From positions 5,169-69,168 of the forward strand of contig CAJXLO010000002.1 of assembly GCA_913056525.1 (NCBI GenBank): a stretch of DNA of 64,000 nucleotides, given 5' to 3'. Made by a program: the position numbers and the translations under genes. The notes beneath the pieces were generated by a model. That model saw only the letters and a program-made list of their open reading frames with translations, was not told where the DNA came from and did not search any database. Positions 48,024-58,389 of the stretch are shown here, one piece after another (positions within the stretch are counted from its first letter, which is position 1; each line of letters begins with the position of its first letter). The DNA is from an uncultured Psychroflexus sp. Lineage in GTDB: Bacteria > Bacteroidota > Bacteroidia > Flavobacteriales > Flavobacteriaceae.

Positions 48024-49907
48024 ATGAATAGATCATTATTTACCCTATTTAGCATTTTGATATCATTTGCCACAATGAACGCTCAAAATAACGATACCAA
48101 AAAAGGCGATAAACATTTCAATAGACTGGAATATGTTAAAGCGGTAGAAGATTACGAGAAACTGGTAGAAAAGGGCAAAGCCGATACATATGTTTATCGT
48201 AGGTTAGCCCAATCCTATTATAACCTTTACAAGACAAAACAAGCGGAAAGGTTCTATGAGCGCGTTGTAGATGACAGTGATAACGTGAAAGCCAAGGATT
48301 ATCTTCAATATGCAAAGACCCTACAGGCCAATGGAAAATATGATGCATACCAAAAGGCGATGGAGGAATTCGCGAAAATGAAGCCGAATGATTCACGTGC
48401 ACAATTGTTCAGTCAAAACCCGAACTATGTTGATGACCTTAAAGAAAAAGACCCTAAGTTCAATATCAGTAAATTAAGCCTTAATTCCGGTTATTCTGAT
48501 TTTGGAGCTTATGAGAACGGAGGTCAGCTTTACTTCGTGTCCGCCAGAAATGAATCTAGAAGAACTTATGGGTGGAATGATCAACCCACGTTGGACATCT
48601 ATGTAGCACAGAACATAGCTGGCACATTTAAAAAACCCGAACCGATGGAGGGTGATGTGAACACTAAGTTCAATGAAGGAACAGTGGCTATCACTCAAGA
48701 TGGAAAGACATTGTTCTTTACCAGGAACGCTTATGAAGACGGCGATTATCAAAAGAACGATGAAGGTGTAGGTCAGCTTAAGATATATGAGGCAAAACTC
48801 GTTAATGATGAATGGCAAGACATTCAGCCGCTACCATTCACAAGCAAGGACTACGCAACGGCCAACCCGTCACTAAGTCCTGATGGAGAACATCTCTATT
48901 TCTCCAGTAACATGCCAGGAGGATATGGTAATTCTGACATTTACCGTGTTAAGATAAATGATGATGGAACTTATGGTGAACCACAGAACTTAGGGAATAA
49001 AATTAATACAGAAGGTAGGGAAAACTTCCCTTACATTGACGATGAAGATCGTTTGTTCTTTTCCAGCGAAGGTCATCTGGGATTAGGAGGTCTTGATGTA
49101 TTTTACATCAAACTTAAGAACAAGGATAGTGGCTACCCAAAAAATGCAGGTCAACCCGTCAACAGCTCAGCAGACGATTTTGCATTCACCTTTATACCAA
49201 ATAAGAAGATGGGCTATGTCTCTTCCAATCGAGGGGATGACCCAGTCAACGATAACATTTACAAGTTAGACCTCATAGAGCCTTTGGATGAGACCTTGTT
49301 GAACATACTGGTAACTGATAAGGAAACCAGTAAACCTATAGAACAAGCGGAAGTGGCCATTTACGATGAGCAAGAGAATATGATCAAAAAAACCAATACT
49401 AAAAAGGATGGTCTTGCTAAGCACAAGCTCATCAGTGAAATGAAATATGACCTCCAGGTAAATGCCAAAGAGTATGAGAGCAATTCCAAGAATGTAATGG
49501 CCAAGGGAGAATCCATGAACGTAACCATCCCGCTTCAGCCTGTTGTGGAAGTAATCGATACGATTACCATAGACAACAGCATCTTCTTTGCCTTTGATAA
49601 GGCCAATATCAAAGAAGAGGCCGCTTTTGAACTTGATAAGATAGTGAATACGCTCAAAGAAAACCCTGAGCTAAAGATAAAGATCACCAGCCATACAGAT
49701 AGGCGAGGACCTGAATCCTACAATAAACGTTTGTCAGAGAAAAGAGCTGAAAATACGCTGAACTATATAGTGGAAGCAGGAGTGGACAAAGAAAGATTAA
49801 CAAGCGAAGGAAAAGGGGAAAGCGAACTTAAGATCGAATGTGGCAATGAATGTACTGAAGAGGATCATCGCAAGAACAGACGATCAGAATTCACGGTGAT
49901 GCGCTGA
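48024..49907 (+). CDS. TPR-PD40-carboxypeptidase-like-OmpA domain protein (PorE-like architecture)
   Basis: N-terminal TPR, PD40 repeats (LYFVSAR, LFFTR, LYFSSNMPGGYG, FFSSEGH) and OmpA domain (FAFDKA, SHTDRRG, NRRSEF). Start is 48003 or 48024; the ORF-track start overlaps porP. Confidence 0.9.
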   Translation: MNRSLFTLFSILISFATMNAQNNDTKKGDKHFNRLEYVKAVEDYEKLVEKGKADTYVYRRLAQSYYNLYKTKQAERFYERVVDDSDNVKAKDYLQYAKTLQANGKYDAYQKAMEEFAKMKPNDSRAQLFSQNPNYVDDLKEKDPKFNISKLSLNSGYSDFGAYENGGQLYFVSARNESRRTYGWNDQPTLDIYVAQNIAGTFKKPEPMEGDVNTKFNEGTVAITQDGKTLFFTRNAYEDGDYQKNDEGVGQLKIYEAKLVNDEWQDIQPLPFTSKDYATANPSLSPDGEHLYFSSNMPGGYGNSDIYRVKINDDGTYGEPQNLGNKINTEGRENFPYIDDEDRLFFSSEGHLGLGGLDVFYIKLKNKDSGYPKNAGQPVNSSADDFAFTFIPNKKMGYVSSNRGDDPVNDNIYKLDLIEPLDETLLNILVTDKETSKPIEQAEVAIYDEQENMIKKTNTKKDGLAKHKLISEMKYDLQVNAKEYESNSKNVMAKGESMNVTIPLQPVVEVIDTITIDNSIFFAFDKANIKEEAAFELDKIVNTLKENPELKIKITSHTDRRGPESYNKRLSEKRAENTLNYIVEAGVDKERLTSEGKGESELKIECGNECTEEDHRKNRRSEFTVMR

Positions 49908-49928
49908 CAAACCTTAATCAAAAAATAA

Positions 49929-49964
49929 AAGACCTCAGTGCAGCGATAGTGTTGAGGTTTTCTT
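49929..49964 (+). terminator. Probable intrinsic terminator
   Basis: AAGACCTCAGTGC-N7-GTGTTGAGGTTTT stem with G-U pairs, ending in a T-rich tract. Confidence 0.6.
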
Positions 49965-49969
49965 CGATC

Positions 49970-50314
49970 ATGGCAACATGTTTACATTGCGGGAAGAACA
50001 TGCACGGGAGGATCGATAAAAAATTTTGCGATCCACAATGTAAGAGTGCTTATCATAATACCAGGAACAGAGTAGCTGGAAAAAAAATCAGGACCATCAA
50101 TAGAATACTCAGAGAGAACTACAGGATATTAAGCCGTATGAACCCTGATCAAAAGACCAAGGTCAAAAAGGATGCGCTCGCACGAAGAGGTTTCAATTTC
50201 AATTATTTTACGAACATCTACAAGACCAAGAGAGGTCATGTGTATTACTTTGTTTATGACCAAGGCTACCTCCCTTTAGACAATAATTATTATGCAGTTG
50301 TAAAGCGTAATTAA
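49970..50314 (+). CDS. Small basic Zn-ribbon hypothetical protein
   Basis: From ATG 49970: CLHCG...GRIDKKFCDPQCK (four Cys), NRILRENYRIL and GFNFNYFT. Confidence 0.78.
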   Translation: MATCLHCGKNMHGRIDKKFCDPQCKSAYHNTRNRVAGKKIRTINRILRENYRILSRMNPDQKTKVKKDALARRGFNFNYFTNIYKTKRGHVYYFVYDQGYLPLDNNYYAVVKRN

Positions 50315-52588
50315 ATGAGGTCCAGCATTTACACTTTCATCATTGTCGCATTTGTAGCGATTACCAGCTGGTTCTCTATTTATAGTCTTCAACCTCTGAC
50401 CATATCAAACCTGAACGAGAAACCGGAGAACTTTTCAACGCTCAGGGCGTATGCGCATGTCAAAAAAATAGCGCAAGAACCTCATTATGTTGGATCAGAA
50501 AATCATTCTGATGTAAGGAATTATTTGATAGATGAACTGGAAGAACTTGGTCTCACGGTCCAAACACAAAAGGGCTTTAGCTTATCAAAAGCATCCACAT
50601 TAACCATACCGGAAAACATCATAACCCGAATAGAAGGGACTGATAACAAACAAGATGCATTACTACTGCTTTCTCATTATGATAGTGCCGTACATTCATC
50701 TTATGGGGCGAGCGATGCAGCCAGCGGTGTAGCCACGATCCTGGAGACCCTGAGAGCTTTCAAGGCGAAAGGTAAGAAACCAAAGAACGACATAATCATC
50801 CTCTTCTCAGATGCTGAAGAAGTAGGATTGAACGGAGCAAGATTGTTCGCTGAAGAACACCCTTGGGCTAATGACGTCCAACTTGTGCTTAACTTCGAAT
50901 CAAGAGGAAGTGGCGGCCCAAGCAATATGATCATAGAGACCAATCATGGCAACCGTGCACTTATCAACAGTTTTTCTAATGCAAACCCTGATTATCCGGT
51001 AGCAAGCTCTTTGATGTATAACATCTATAAGCTCTTACCTAATGATACGGACTCAACGGTTTTTCGGGAGGAACTTGACATACCCAGTTTTTTCTTTGCT
51101 TTCATTGATGACCATTTTGACTATCATACGGCAAGGGACATCCCTCAAAATCTTGATAAACGCTCATTAGCTCATCAGGGAAGTTACTTGCAAGCATTAT
51201 TAGATCACTTTGCCGATACCGACTTCAACCAACTTAAATCCAAAAGTAATAAGGTCTACTTTAACTTTCCTTTTATAGGTGTAATATCTTACCCTTATAC
51301 CTTATCACCTTACTTGCTCATCTTTGCCTTTTTTTTACTGATCGTGGGTCTTTTTTATGGTATCAAAAAAAATAAGTTGTCGATTAAAGAGACGGGAAAA
51401 GGTTTTTTGGCCTTTAGCCTCTTGTTGCTGGCTAGTTTTATCATAGGTTATGGAGGTTGGTATGTCATTGAGTTGCTCTATCCACACTATTCTGTTTATC
51501 TTCAAGGCTTTACGCCAAACGGCCATTACTACTTGCTTGCATTCGTTTTGTTTGTAATCAGTGCTTTTTTCCTTATCTATAGTAAGTTCTTTAAATATTT
51601 ACAGATAAAGAACGGTCTGGTGGCACCTATCACCTATTGGCTCTTGATATGTCTTTTGATCCAGATATATCTGCCCGGAGGTGCTTTTTTTACTTTACCG
51701 CTCATATTAACATTGGCGATTTGGCTATTCCACCTGAAGTTCAGGCGCTTCAGCCTTTTCTTCATGATGCTCATATTATCACCTATCCTTTTCATGTTAG
51801 TACCGTATGTAAGTTCATTTCCAGTAGGTTTAGGTCTATCGTCGATTTACATAAGCTGTGTACTTACCACTCTTATCATGGGATCATTACTTTCCCTGAT
51901 ATTGCCCATTAGGAATAAGAAAAGTGTATCTTTTTCAGCATTAATCCTATCAATAGCTTTCTTTTTGGTGGCTCATTTCAATTCTCAATTCAATAAGAAC
52001 AGGCCTAAGCCGAATAGTTTAGTCTATTTTATGGACAGTTCATCAAATAAAGCATTCTGGAAAACTTACGATACGGAGCTAGACGAATGGACAAAGCCCC
52101 ATTTTAAAGATAAGAGGATTGATACCGTTAAGGCATCCTTTGCAAGTAAATATAATGAAAAGTTTACCTATTCAGCTCCGGCAAAGTATCATGATATACC
52201 TTTAACCCGTATAAGCACATCTACAGATGATGACCTATATTCTCTTGAGATACGACCGATAAACGATGCCAACAGGATAAGTCTGTTCAATAAGAGCGAT
52301 GACCTAGTGATCGAAGAACTAATGATCAACGATAAGGACGAAACACAATTTTTAGGGAAAGATAGGATAAATGCAAAAAGCAGATTGCTTACTTATTTTG
52401 TGGTGGATGACCAACCCGTAAAAGTTAGCATAAGAGCAAGGTCAGCTCCTAAGATACAGGTCATAACCTCCAGTTATTCGCTATTGAACAATAAGGAGTT
52501 GGGTGTACGACCCAGACCAGAAGAGTATATGCCAAAACCATTTGTTTTGACCGATGTGATGATATATGAAGAAATGATAGAACTTTAA
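50315..52588 (+). CDS. M28-family membrane metallopeptidase
   Basis: SHYDS, GASDAASG, DAEEVGL, NFESRG, NDTD and YHT motifs, followed by about 8 TM helices. Confidence 0.9.
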   Translation: MRSSIYTFIIVAFVAITSWFSIYSLQPLTISNLNEKPENFSTLRAYAHVKKIAQEPHYVGSENHSDVRNYLIDELEELGLTVQTQKGFSLSKASTLTIPENIITRIEGTDNKQDALLLLSHYDSAVHSSYGASDAASGVATILETLRAFKAKGKKPKNDIIILFSDAEEVGLNGARLFAEEHPWANDVQLVLNFESRGSGGPSNMIIETNHGNRALINSFSNANPDYPVASSLMYNIYKLLPNDTDSTVFREELDIPSFFFAFIDDHFDYHTARDIPQNLDKRSLAHQGSYLQALLDHFADTDFNQLKSKSNKVYFNFPFIGVISYPYTLSPYLLIFAFFLLIVGLFYGIKKNKLSIKETGKGFLAFSLLLLASFIIGYGGWYVIELLYPHYSVYLQGFTPNGHYYLLAFVLFVISAFFLIYSKFFKYLQIKNGLVAPITYWLLICLLIQIYLPGGAFFTLPLILTLAIWLFHLKFRRFSLFFMMLILSPILFMLVPYVSSFPVGLGLSSIYISCVLTTLIMGSLLSLILPIRNKKSVSFSALILSIAFFLVAHFNSQFNKNRPKPNSLVYFMDSSSNKAFWKTYDTELDEWTKPHFKDKRIDTVKASFASKYNEKFTYSAPAKYHDIPLTRISTSTDDDLYSLEIRPINDANRISLFNKSDDLVIEELMINDKDETQFLGKDRINAKSRLLTYFVVDDQPVKVSIRARSAPKIQVITSSYSLLNNKELGVRPRPEEYMPKPFVLTDVMIYEEMIEL

Positions 52589-52661
52589 ATTAATATCAAA
52601 TCTAAATTCTTTTAATAATTGTATTTAAAAAATTATATATTTGTAACCTAAATAATTAACC

Positions 52662-53951
52662 ATGAAAATAAACTTTTTCCTTTTAGCGTTTTTAATTATT
52701 TCGATATCCTATGCTCAGGACGATGATAAAAACAACAATGAAGACAAAATTACTTACAATAAATGGTCAATTGACTTTGGTGTAGGTGTGAACAAACCGA
52801 CCAAAGGTTTGACTCCAGGCTATTATGTAGGTACCTTTGAAAATCTCTCCGCAGAACTTGGAGCAAGATATATGTTTAATGACCGTGTAGGTTTAAGATT
52901 GAATGCTATTTACAATAACTTTCAGGAAGGTGATAATAGCCCCGAGTTCAACTCTGAGTTCATTCAATTCAACGTTGATGGTGTAGTTAACCTTAGACAG
53001 TTGTTAGAATTAGATGATTTTACTCAGAAGTTCAACCTACTAGCAACGGGTGGTTTAGGTTACGGTTTCACCTCATTCGATGATAGTTCAGCCCTAAGTG
53101 ATGCAAATACTGATAATTTGCTTACCGCTAATGCTGGCTTGATCCCTCAATATAAAATATCAGATAAATTTGCATTAGACCTGAATCTAGGTCTTTCTGG
53201 TATTATCAGACAAAACCATACATTTGATGGGAATTCATTGAACAATAGAAGAGGTTTTGAAAGTATCAATTATAGAGCTACGCTAGGTTTTTCAGTATAT
53301 TTAGGAGATGAAAAAGAACACGCGGACTGGGTTGATGCTTCATCTGAAGCTCAGTATGAAAAGAAAGCCCAGAAATTAAAAGAAAGGGTAGCTAAACTAG
53401 AAGATGACCTTAAAGATACTGATAAAGATGGTATTCCTGATTATTTAGATAGAGAACCAGACACGCCAAATGGTGTGGCTGTTAATAACAAAGGGCAATC
53501 CATAGATGAAAACCAGAATGGCGTACCTGATGAACTCGAACAGGTCATGGATGAAAGATATGCATCATCTGACTCCGTTCAAAAAATGAAAGAAAGCTCA
53601 GAGATAGCTAAGACCTTAGCCAATAAAGGCTATATTAATGTTTACTTTAGATTCAATAGTGATCAACCAGAAAGATACTCTTTGAACGCCGTGAACCAAA
53701 TCGTGGAATATATGAGGGCCAATCCTCAATCGAACGCAATACTTACCGGTTATTCAGATGCGATAGGTAATAAACAATACAACCTCAAGTTATCTGAGGA
53801 TAGAGCCAAACGAGTGTATGAAATATTAGTGGCATCCGGTATTGAAGAAAGCAGGATATCCTACAAAGGTGGTGGTGTAGATGATTCTGTTGATAAATCA
53901 TCAAGTGCTGCCCGTCAGTTGACTAGAAGAGTTAAATTTGAACTCAGATAG
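52662..53951 (+). CDS. OmpA-family outer membrane protein
   Basis: Beta-barrel N-terminus, DTDKDGIPDYLD Ca-binding repeat, and OmpA domain (VYFRFN, GYSDAIG, LSEDRA, RRV). TATATTTG promoter element at 52636-52643. Confidence 0.92.
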   Translation: MKINFFLLAFLIISISYAQDDDKNNNEDKITYNKWSIDFGVGVNKPTKGLTPGYYVGTFENLSAELGARYMFNDRVGLRLNAIYNNFQEGDNSPEFNSEFIQFNVDGVVNLRQLLELDDFTQKFNLLATGGLGYGFTSFDDSSALSDANTDNLLTANAGLIPQYKISDKFALDLNLGLSGIIRQNHTFDGNSLNNRRGFESINYRATLGFSVYLGDEKEHADWVDASSEAQYEKKAQKLKERVAKLEDDLKDTDKDGIPDYLDREPDTPNGVAVNNKGQSIDENQNGVPDELEQVMDERYASSDSVQKMKESSEIAKTLANKGYINVYFRFNSDQPERYSLNAVNQIVEYMRANPQSNAILTGYSDAIGNKQYNLKLSEDRAKRVYEILVASGIEESRISYKGGGVDDSVDKSSSAARQLTRRVKFELR

Positions 53952-54014
53952 ATAATGATAAACGTTCAAGGCTTTAAAAATACTTGAAGGTTGTAACTAC
54001 TATAAATTAAAACT

Positions 54015-54374
54015 ATGAATATGCGAAGACTTAAAAGCCTTTTTATTACTGCAGTCTTTATTTTCCTTGCATTTGGTACAGGTTATTCCCAAAGCGAAAA
54101 AGATGCTGAACTTCTTGAGAATGCTCGAGGTAAAGTTCAGGATGTGGCAGAAGAGCTTAATGTCAATGAAGAAAAAGAGGTCTTGCTAGTAAGGGCGACA
54201 TTTTCTTACAACAAAAGAAAAATGCAAATAAAAGAATCAGATGAGCTGGATATGTCAGATAGGGAAGCGTCCCTTGAAAAAGCAAACGAAGCATTTAAGA
54301 AAAATGTAAGGCACGCCCTTGGTGATGACGAACAACTTACGAAAAGGTTCTTTGAGCTATATGATGAAAGTTAA
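54015..54374 (+). CDS. Hypothetical exported helical protein
   Basis: Signal peptide and a charged helical body, followed by a terminator. Confidence 0.7.
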   Translation: MNMRRLKSLFITAVFIFLAFGTGYSQSEKDAELLENARGKVQDVAEELNVNEEKEVLLVRATFSYNKRKMQIKESDELDMSDREASLEKANEAFKKNVRHALGDDEQLTKRFFELYDES

Positions 54375-54396
54375 TAGGAAACGTAAATTATATTTC

Positions 54397-54427
54397 AAAC
54401 CTGCATTTTTGAATGCAGGTTTTTTTA
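54397..54427 (+). terminator. Intrinsic terminator
   Basis: AAACCTGCATT-TTTG-AATGCAGGTTT followed by a T run. Confidence 0.88.
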
Positions 54428-54493
54428 TTTAAAAACATTGACGATCAAGTTGGATTTATACGCAAAATAGTATTTTTGAACAAAATTTCATTA

Positions 54494-55996
54494 ATGACTC
54501 GATCGATCTTGCCTACTTCCGCATTATTATCCGTATACGATAAAACTTGTCTGCCTGTAATCGCTAAAGCATTAGTTGCTAGAGATGTATCTATTACTTC
54601 AACAGGTGGTACGGAAAAAGAATTAAAAAAACTGGTTGGCAAAATAAGTTCTGTGGAAGGAAAGACCGGATATCCATCTATTTTAGGTGGAAGAGTTAAA
54701 ACGCTTCATCCGGCCATATTTGGAGGAATACTTCAAAACCCTGAGAAGGACAAAGACCTAAAAGATGTAGATCAATTCAACATTGATGCTTATGATCTGG
54801 TCTTTGTTGACCTTTATCCGTTCAAATCCGCATTAAAAAAAGAACTTCCAATTGAAGAGCAGATCGAATTCATAGATATCGGTGGAATTTCGCTAATAAG
54901 AGCGGCCGCAAAGAACTTCAAACATGTGATATGTATTCCTTCTAGTGAATATCTGGAACAATTCTTACAAGAATTCAATGAAAATGATGGCCTTATAAGT
55001 TTTAGCACCAGGAAGTGGCTTGCTGCGGAGACCTTTAAGCTAACTTCAGCCTATGATCAGCTCATAGCTGAATATTTGAGTGAACCTCAAGACAAAAAAC
55101 AGCTACGTTATGGGGAGAACCCCCATCAAAAAGCGGTCTTTCAAGGCGACCTTGACGCTATTTTCGATCAATTACATGGTAAAGAGCTATCTTATAACAA
55201 TCTATTGGACATCGATGCGGCGATGCACTTGATACAAGAATTTGAAGGTGAACCACCCACATTTGCCATTCTTAAACATAACAATGCGTGCGGACTGGCT
55301 CAAAGGGAAAATTTACTCGATGCATACAAGTTTGCCTTACAAGGTGATCCCGTATCTGCATTTGGAGGCATACTCATCACGAACGCTAATATGGACCAGG
55401 ATACAGCATCAGAAGTGAACAAGCTCTTCTGCGAAGTAGTGATCGCTCCTTCTTTTGATGATGCAGCCTTGGACCTACTAAAAAAGAAAAAGAAAAGAAT
55501 CATCTTAAGGAACAAAGGTTTTACTAAACCGAAAGAACAGCTCCGGTCATGCTTGAACGGTGTATTAAAACAAGACTACGATATTGTGACCGATGATCAT
55601 ACAATGATGCAGCAAGCAACGGAAGTCGAAGCAAGTGAGAAGCAATTAAAAGACCTGATATTCGCATCAAAGATCAGCAAGCACACCAAATCGAACACGA
55701 TAGTGCTCGCCAGAGACAAACAGCTTTTAGCCAGTGGTACGGGGCAAACTTCACGAGTTGACGCATTGATACAAGCTATTAGCAAGGCCAATAAAAATAA
55801 ACTACCTTTACAAAATGCCGTGATGGCCAGCGATGCATTTTTTCCTTTTCCGGATTGTGTAGAGATCGCGAGTAAAGAAGGGATCAACTCGGTCATACAA
55901 CCCGGAGGTTCTATCAAAGATCAGCAAAGCATTGATTTCTGTAATGACCACAAAGTAAGTATGTATCTGACTGGGAAAAGACATTTTAAACATTAA
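54494..55996 (+). CDS. purH: Bifunctional AICAR transformylase / IMP cyclohydrolase
   Basis: LLSVYDK, STGGT, GRVKTLHP, IDIGG, LRYGENPHQ, KHNNACG, ASDAFFPF and RHFKH motifs. Start moved to ATG 54494, because the ORF-track start lies in the terminator and TATTTTTG is at 54471-54478. Confidence 0.96.
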   Translation: MTRSILPTSALLSVYDKTCLPVIAKALVARDVSITSTGGTEKELKKLVGKISSVEGKTGYPSILGGRVKTLHPAIFGGILQNPEKDKDLKDVDQFNIDAYDLVFVDLYPFKSALKKELPIEEQIEFIDIGGISLIRAAAKNFKHVICIPSSEYLEQFLQEFNENDGLISFSTRKWLAAETFKLTSAYDQLIAEYLSEPQDKKQLRYGENPHQKAVFQGDLDAIFDQLHGKELSYNNLLDIDAAMHLIQEFEGEPPTFAILKHNNACGLAQRENLLDAYKFALQGDPVSAFGGILITNANMDQDTASEVNKLFCEVVIAPSFDDAALDLLKKKKKRIILRNKGFTKPKEQLRSCLNGVLKQDYDIVTDDHTMMQQATEVEASEKQLKDLIFASKISKHTKSNTIVLARDKQLLASGTGQTSRVDALIQAISKANKNKLPLQNAVMASDAFFPFPDCVEIASKEGINSVIQPGGSIKDQQSIDFCNDHKVSMYLTGKRHFKH

Positions 55997-56020
55997 TAAA
56001 TTCAAAACAAAATTAAATAA

Positions 56021-57049
56021 ATGGGTTTTTTTGATTTTCTAACAGAAGAGATCGCTATCGATCTGGGCACTGCTAACACACTGATCATCCACAATGATAA
56101 AGTAGTAGTGGACAGTCCATCCATAGTTGCGCGAGATAGGGCTTCAGGTAAGATAATAGCAGCAGGGAAGGAAGCGGCTTTGATGCAAGGAAAGACCCAC
56201 GAGAACATCAAGACCATACGTCCGCTAAAAGATGGAGTGATCGCTGATTTTGAAGCAAGTGAGCAGATGATCAGTATGTTCATTAAGGACATTCCCGCCT
56301 TAAAAAAGAAGCTTTTCACACCATCGCTCAAGATGGTCATCTGTATCCCTAGCGGAATAACTGAAGTAGAGAAAAGAGCGGTAAAAGATAGTGCAGAAAG
56401 AGTGAACGGTAAAGAGGTCTATTTGATCCATGAGCCGATGGCAGCAGCCATCGGTATTGGTGTAGATATTACCCAGCCTAAAGGGAACATGATCATCGAT
56501 ATTGGTGGTGGAACAACAGAAATAGCGGTCATAGCACTTGGCGGGATCGTATGTGACAAATCCGTGAAAGTGGCTGGTGATGTTTTTACGAACGATATCG
56601 TATATTTCATGCGGACCCAGCATAATTTATTCATTGGTGAGAGAACAGCAGAGAAGATCAAGATACAAATGGGTTCAGCTACTGAGGACCTCGAGATCGC
56701 TCAAGATGATATGAGCGTTCAGGGTAGGGATCTCTTGACCGGAAAACCTAAGCAAGTGGATATTTCCTATAGAGAGATCGCGAAAGCATTGGATAAGTCC
56801 ATATTGAGAATAGAGGATGCGGTAATGGAAACCCTGGCTAAGACACCACCTGAACTCGCTGCTGACATTTATAATACAGGGATTTATCTTGCCGGTGGCG
56901 GATCCATGTTAAGAGGTCTGGACAAAAGGCTCTCAAAGAAAACTGACCTTCCGGTCTTTATCGCTGAGGATCCACTAAGAGCTATTGTAAGAGGTACAGG
57001 TATCGCCCTTAAGAACCTGGAGAAATATAAGGCTATTCTAATACAGTAA
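56021..57049 (+). CDS. mreB: Rod shape-determining protein MreB
   Basis: IDLGTANT, EPMAAAIG, DIGGGTT and GGGSML motifs. Confidence 0.97.
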   Translation: MGFFDFLTEEIAIDLGTANTLIIHNDKVVVDSPSIVARDRASGKIIAAGKEAALMQGKTHENIKTIRPLKDGVIADFEASEQMISMFIKDIPALKKKLFTPSLKMVICIPSGITEVEKRAVKDSAERVNGKEVYLIHEPMAAAIGIGVDITQPKGNMIIDIGGGTTEIAVIALGGIVCDKSVKVAGDVFTNDIVYFMRTQHNLFIGERTAEKIKIQMGSATEDLEIAQDDMSVQGRDLLTGKPKQVDISYREIAKALDKSILRIEDAVMETLAKTPPELAADIYNTGIYLAGGGSMLRGLDKRLSKKTDLPVFIAEDPLRAIVRGTGIALKNLEKYKAILIQ

Positions 57050-57058
57050 TATTGATGT

Positions 57059-57877
57059 ATGCAAAAGATCATCAGTTTCATTGTCAGGAACAAGAACGGC
57101 TTTACTTTTTTACTGCTCTTTATCCTTTCCTTATTCTTGATCATCAATACGCGTACTTATCAGCAGAGTAAGTTCCTGAACTTTGCCAATCAAGTAACCG
57201 GTAGTTTATATACCTTCACATCCTCCGTCGAGGATTATTTTGAACTTAAGAAAGAAAATGAGCTATTGTGGAACGAGAATCAAAGGATACGGAATGAACT
57301 GATGAACCTTCAAGCATGTGATACGATAAATGGTCAAAACACGTTCTCATCAACCTCAGATACCCTTTTTAGTTTTATAAGGTCCAGGGTCATAAGTAAC
57401 AACTATCGTAAGAACTTTAACTACCTACTGATGAACAAAGGAACAAATGATAGCATAAAAGTTGATATGAGCGTCATAAGTCCAAATGGAATAGTAGGTA
57501 TAGTAGAAGGCGTTTCCAGCAATTATGCAAGAGTTATATCCTTATTGAACAAAGACCTTTCCATTAATGCCGAAATAGAACAAACCGATCATTTTGGATC
57601 ATTACAATGGGAAGGGAGGTCGCCTTATTACTCGACCCTTCTCGATATACCCAGGTCTGCTGACCCCAAAGAAGGTGACACCATAGTTACTGGTGGGAAT
57701 TCCCTCATTTTTCCTAAAGGAATTACTATAGGTTATATCAAAGATTTTAAGCTCAACAAAAACACAGGATATTATACGATAAAGGTTAGGCTCGCCAATG
57801 ATTTCACGTCACTTTCAAAAGTCTACATACTGGACAATTCACACCTTCAAGAAGCAAAGCAACTTTTAGAACAATAA
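57059..57877 (+). CDS. mreC: Rod shape-determining protein MreC
   Basis: N-terminal TM helix, coiled coil, NKGTNDSI, GIVGIV, GDTIVT and FPKGI motifs. Confidence 0.93.
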   Translation: MQKIISFIVRNKNGFTFLLLFILSLFLIINTRTYQQSKFLNFANQVTGSLYTFTSSVEDYFELKKENELLWNENQRIRNELMNLQACDTINGQNTFSSTSDTLFSFIRSRVISNNYRKNFNYLLMNKGTNDSIKVDMSVISPNGIVGIVEGVSSNYARVISLLNKDLSINAEIEQTDHFGSLQWEGRSPYYSTLLDIPRSADPKEGDTIVTGGNSLIFPKGITIGYIKDFKLNKNTGYYTIKVRLANDFTSLSKVYILDNSHLQEAKQLLEQ

Positions 57878-57879
57878 AA

Positions 57880-58389
57880 ATGGTCAGTAATAGGAATCAT
57901 TTCTTCAGGATCCTTTTTTGGATAGTAGCACAGGTAGTTATCCTGAACAATATATTTTTGTTCGACCTGGCCACACCTTACCTTTACATCCTACCTATCC
58001 TGTTGCTCCCTTTGAACATCAACAGACAGCTATTGTTATTAGTCGCGTTTATCACGGGTTTGATAATAGATATTTTTGAAGGTACGGGAGGTATCTTTGC
58101 CGCCGCCACTCTTATTATTGCTTACTTGAGACCTTTATTCTTGCGGATATCCTTTGGACTTGCATATGAACAAATGACCATCCGATTCCATCAAGAGAGT
58201 TTCCTACAAAAGCTCGCCTACGCTTCGCTGATGGTCTTTACCCACCATATCTTCTTATATAGCTTAGATGCATTCAGTCTTAATGATATTATAATGATAT
58301 TGGAGAAGACAATTTATTCTTCTATATTGAACATCATATTATTAATGACCATATTTAATTTCTTGGCTAAAAACAAAAAAGTCACATGA
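57880..58389 (+). CDS. mreD: Rod shape-determining protein MreD
   Basis: Hydrophobic protein with PYLYILPILLLP and GLIIDIF motifs; operon position. Confidence 0.88.
   Translation: MVSNRNHFFRILFWIVAQVVILNNIFLFDLATPYLYILPILLLPLNINRQLLLLVAFITGLIIDIFEGTGGIFAAATLIIAYLRPLFLRISFGLAYEQMTIRFHQESFLQKLAYASLMVFTHHIFLYSLDAFSLNDIIMILEKTIYSSILNIILLMTIFNFLAKNKKVT

Noticed and set aside
52589-52607. Possible second Fur box upstream of ompA (ATTAATATCAAATCTAAAT)
   Set aside because: Only about 13/19 matches in a very AT-rich spacer, which is not distinguishable from chance.
54413-54493. N-terminal extension of PurH in the ORF track (similar cases at 17753-17788, 4803-4823, 47934-48002 and 49949-49969)
   Set aside because: These upstream starts fall inside terminators, promoter elements or the preceding gene; the downstream ATGs fit better.
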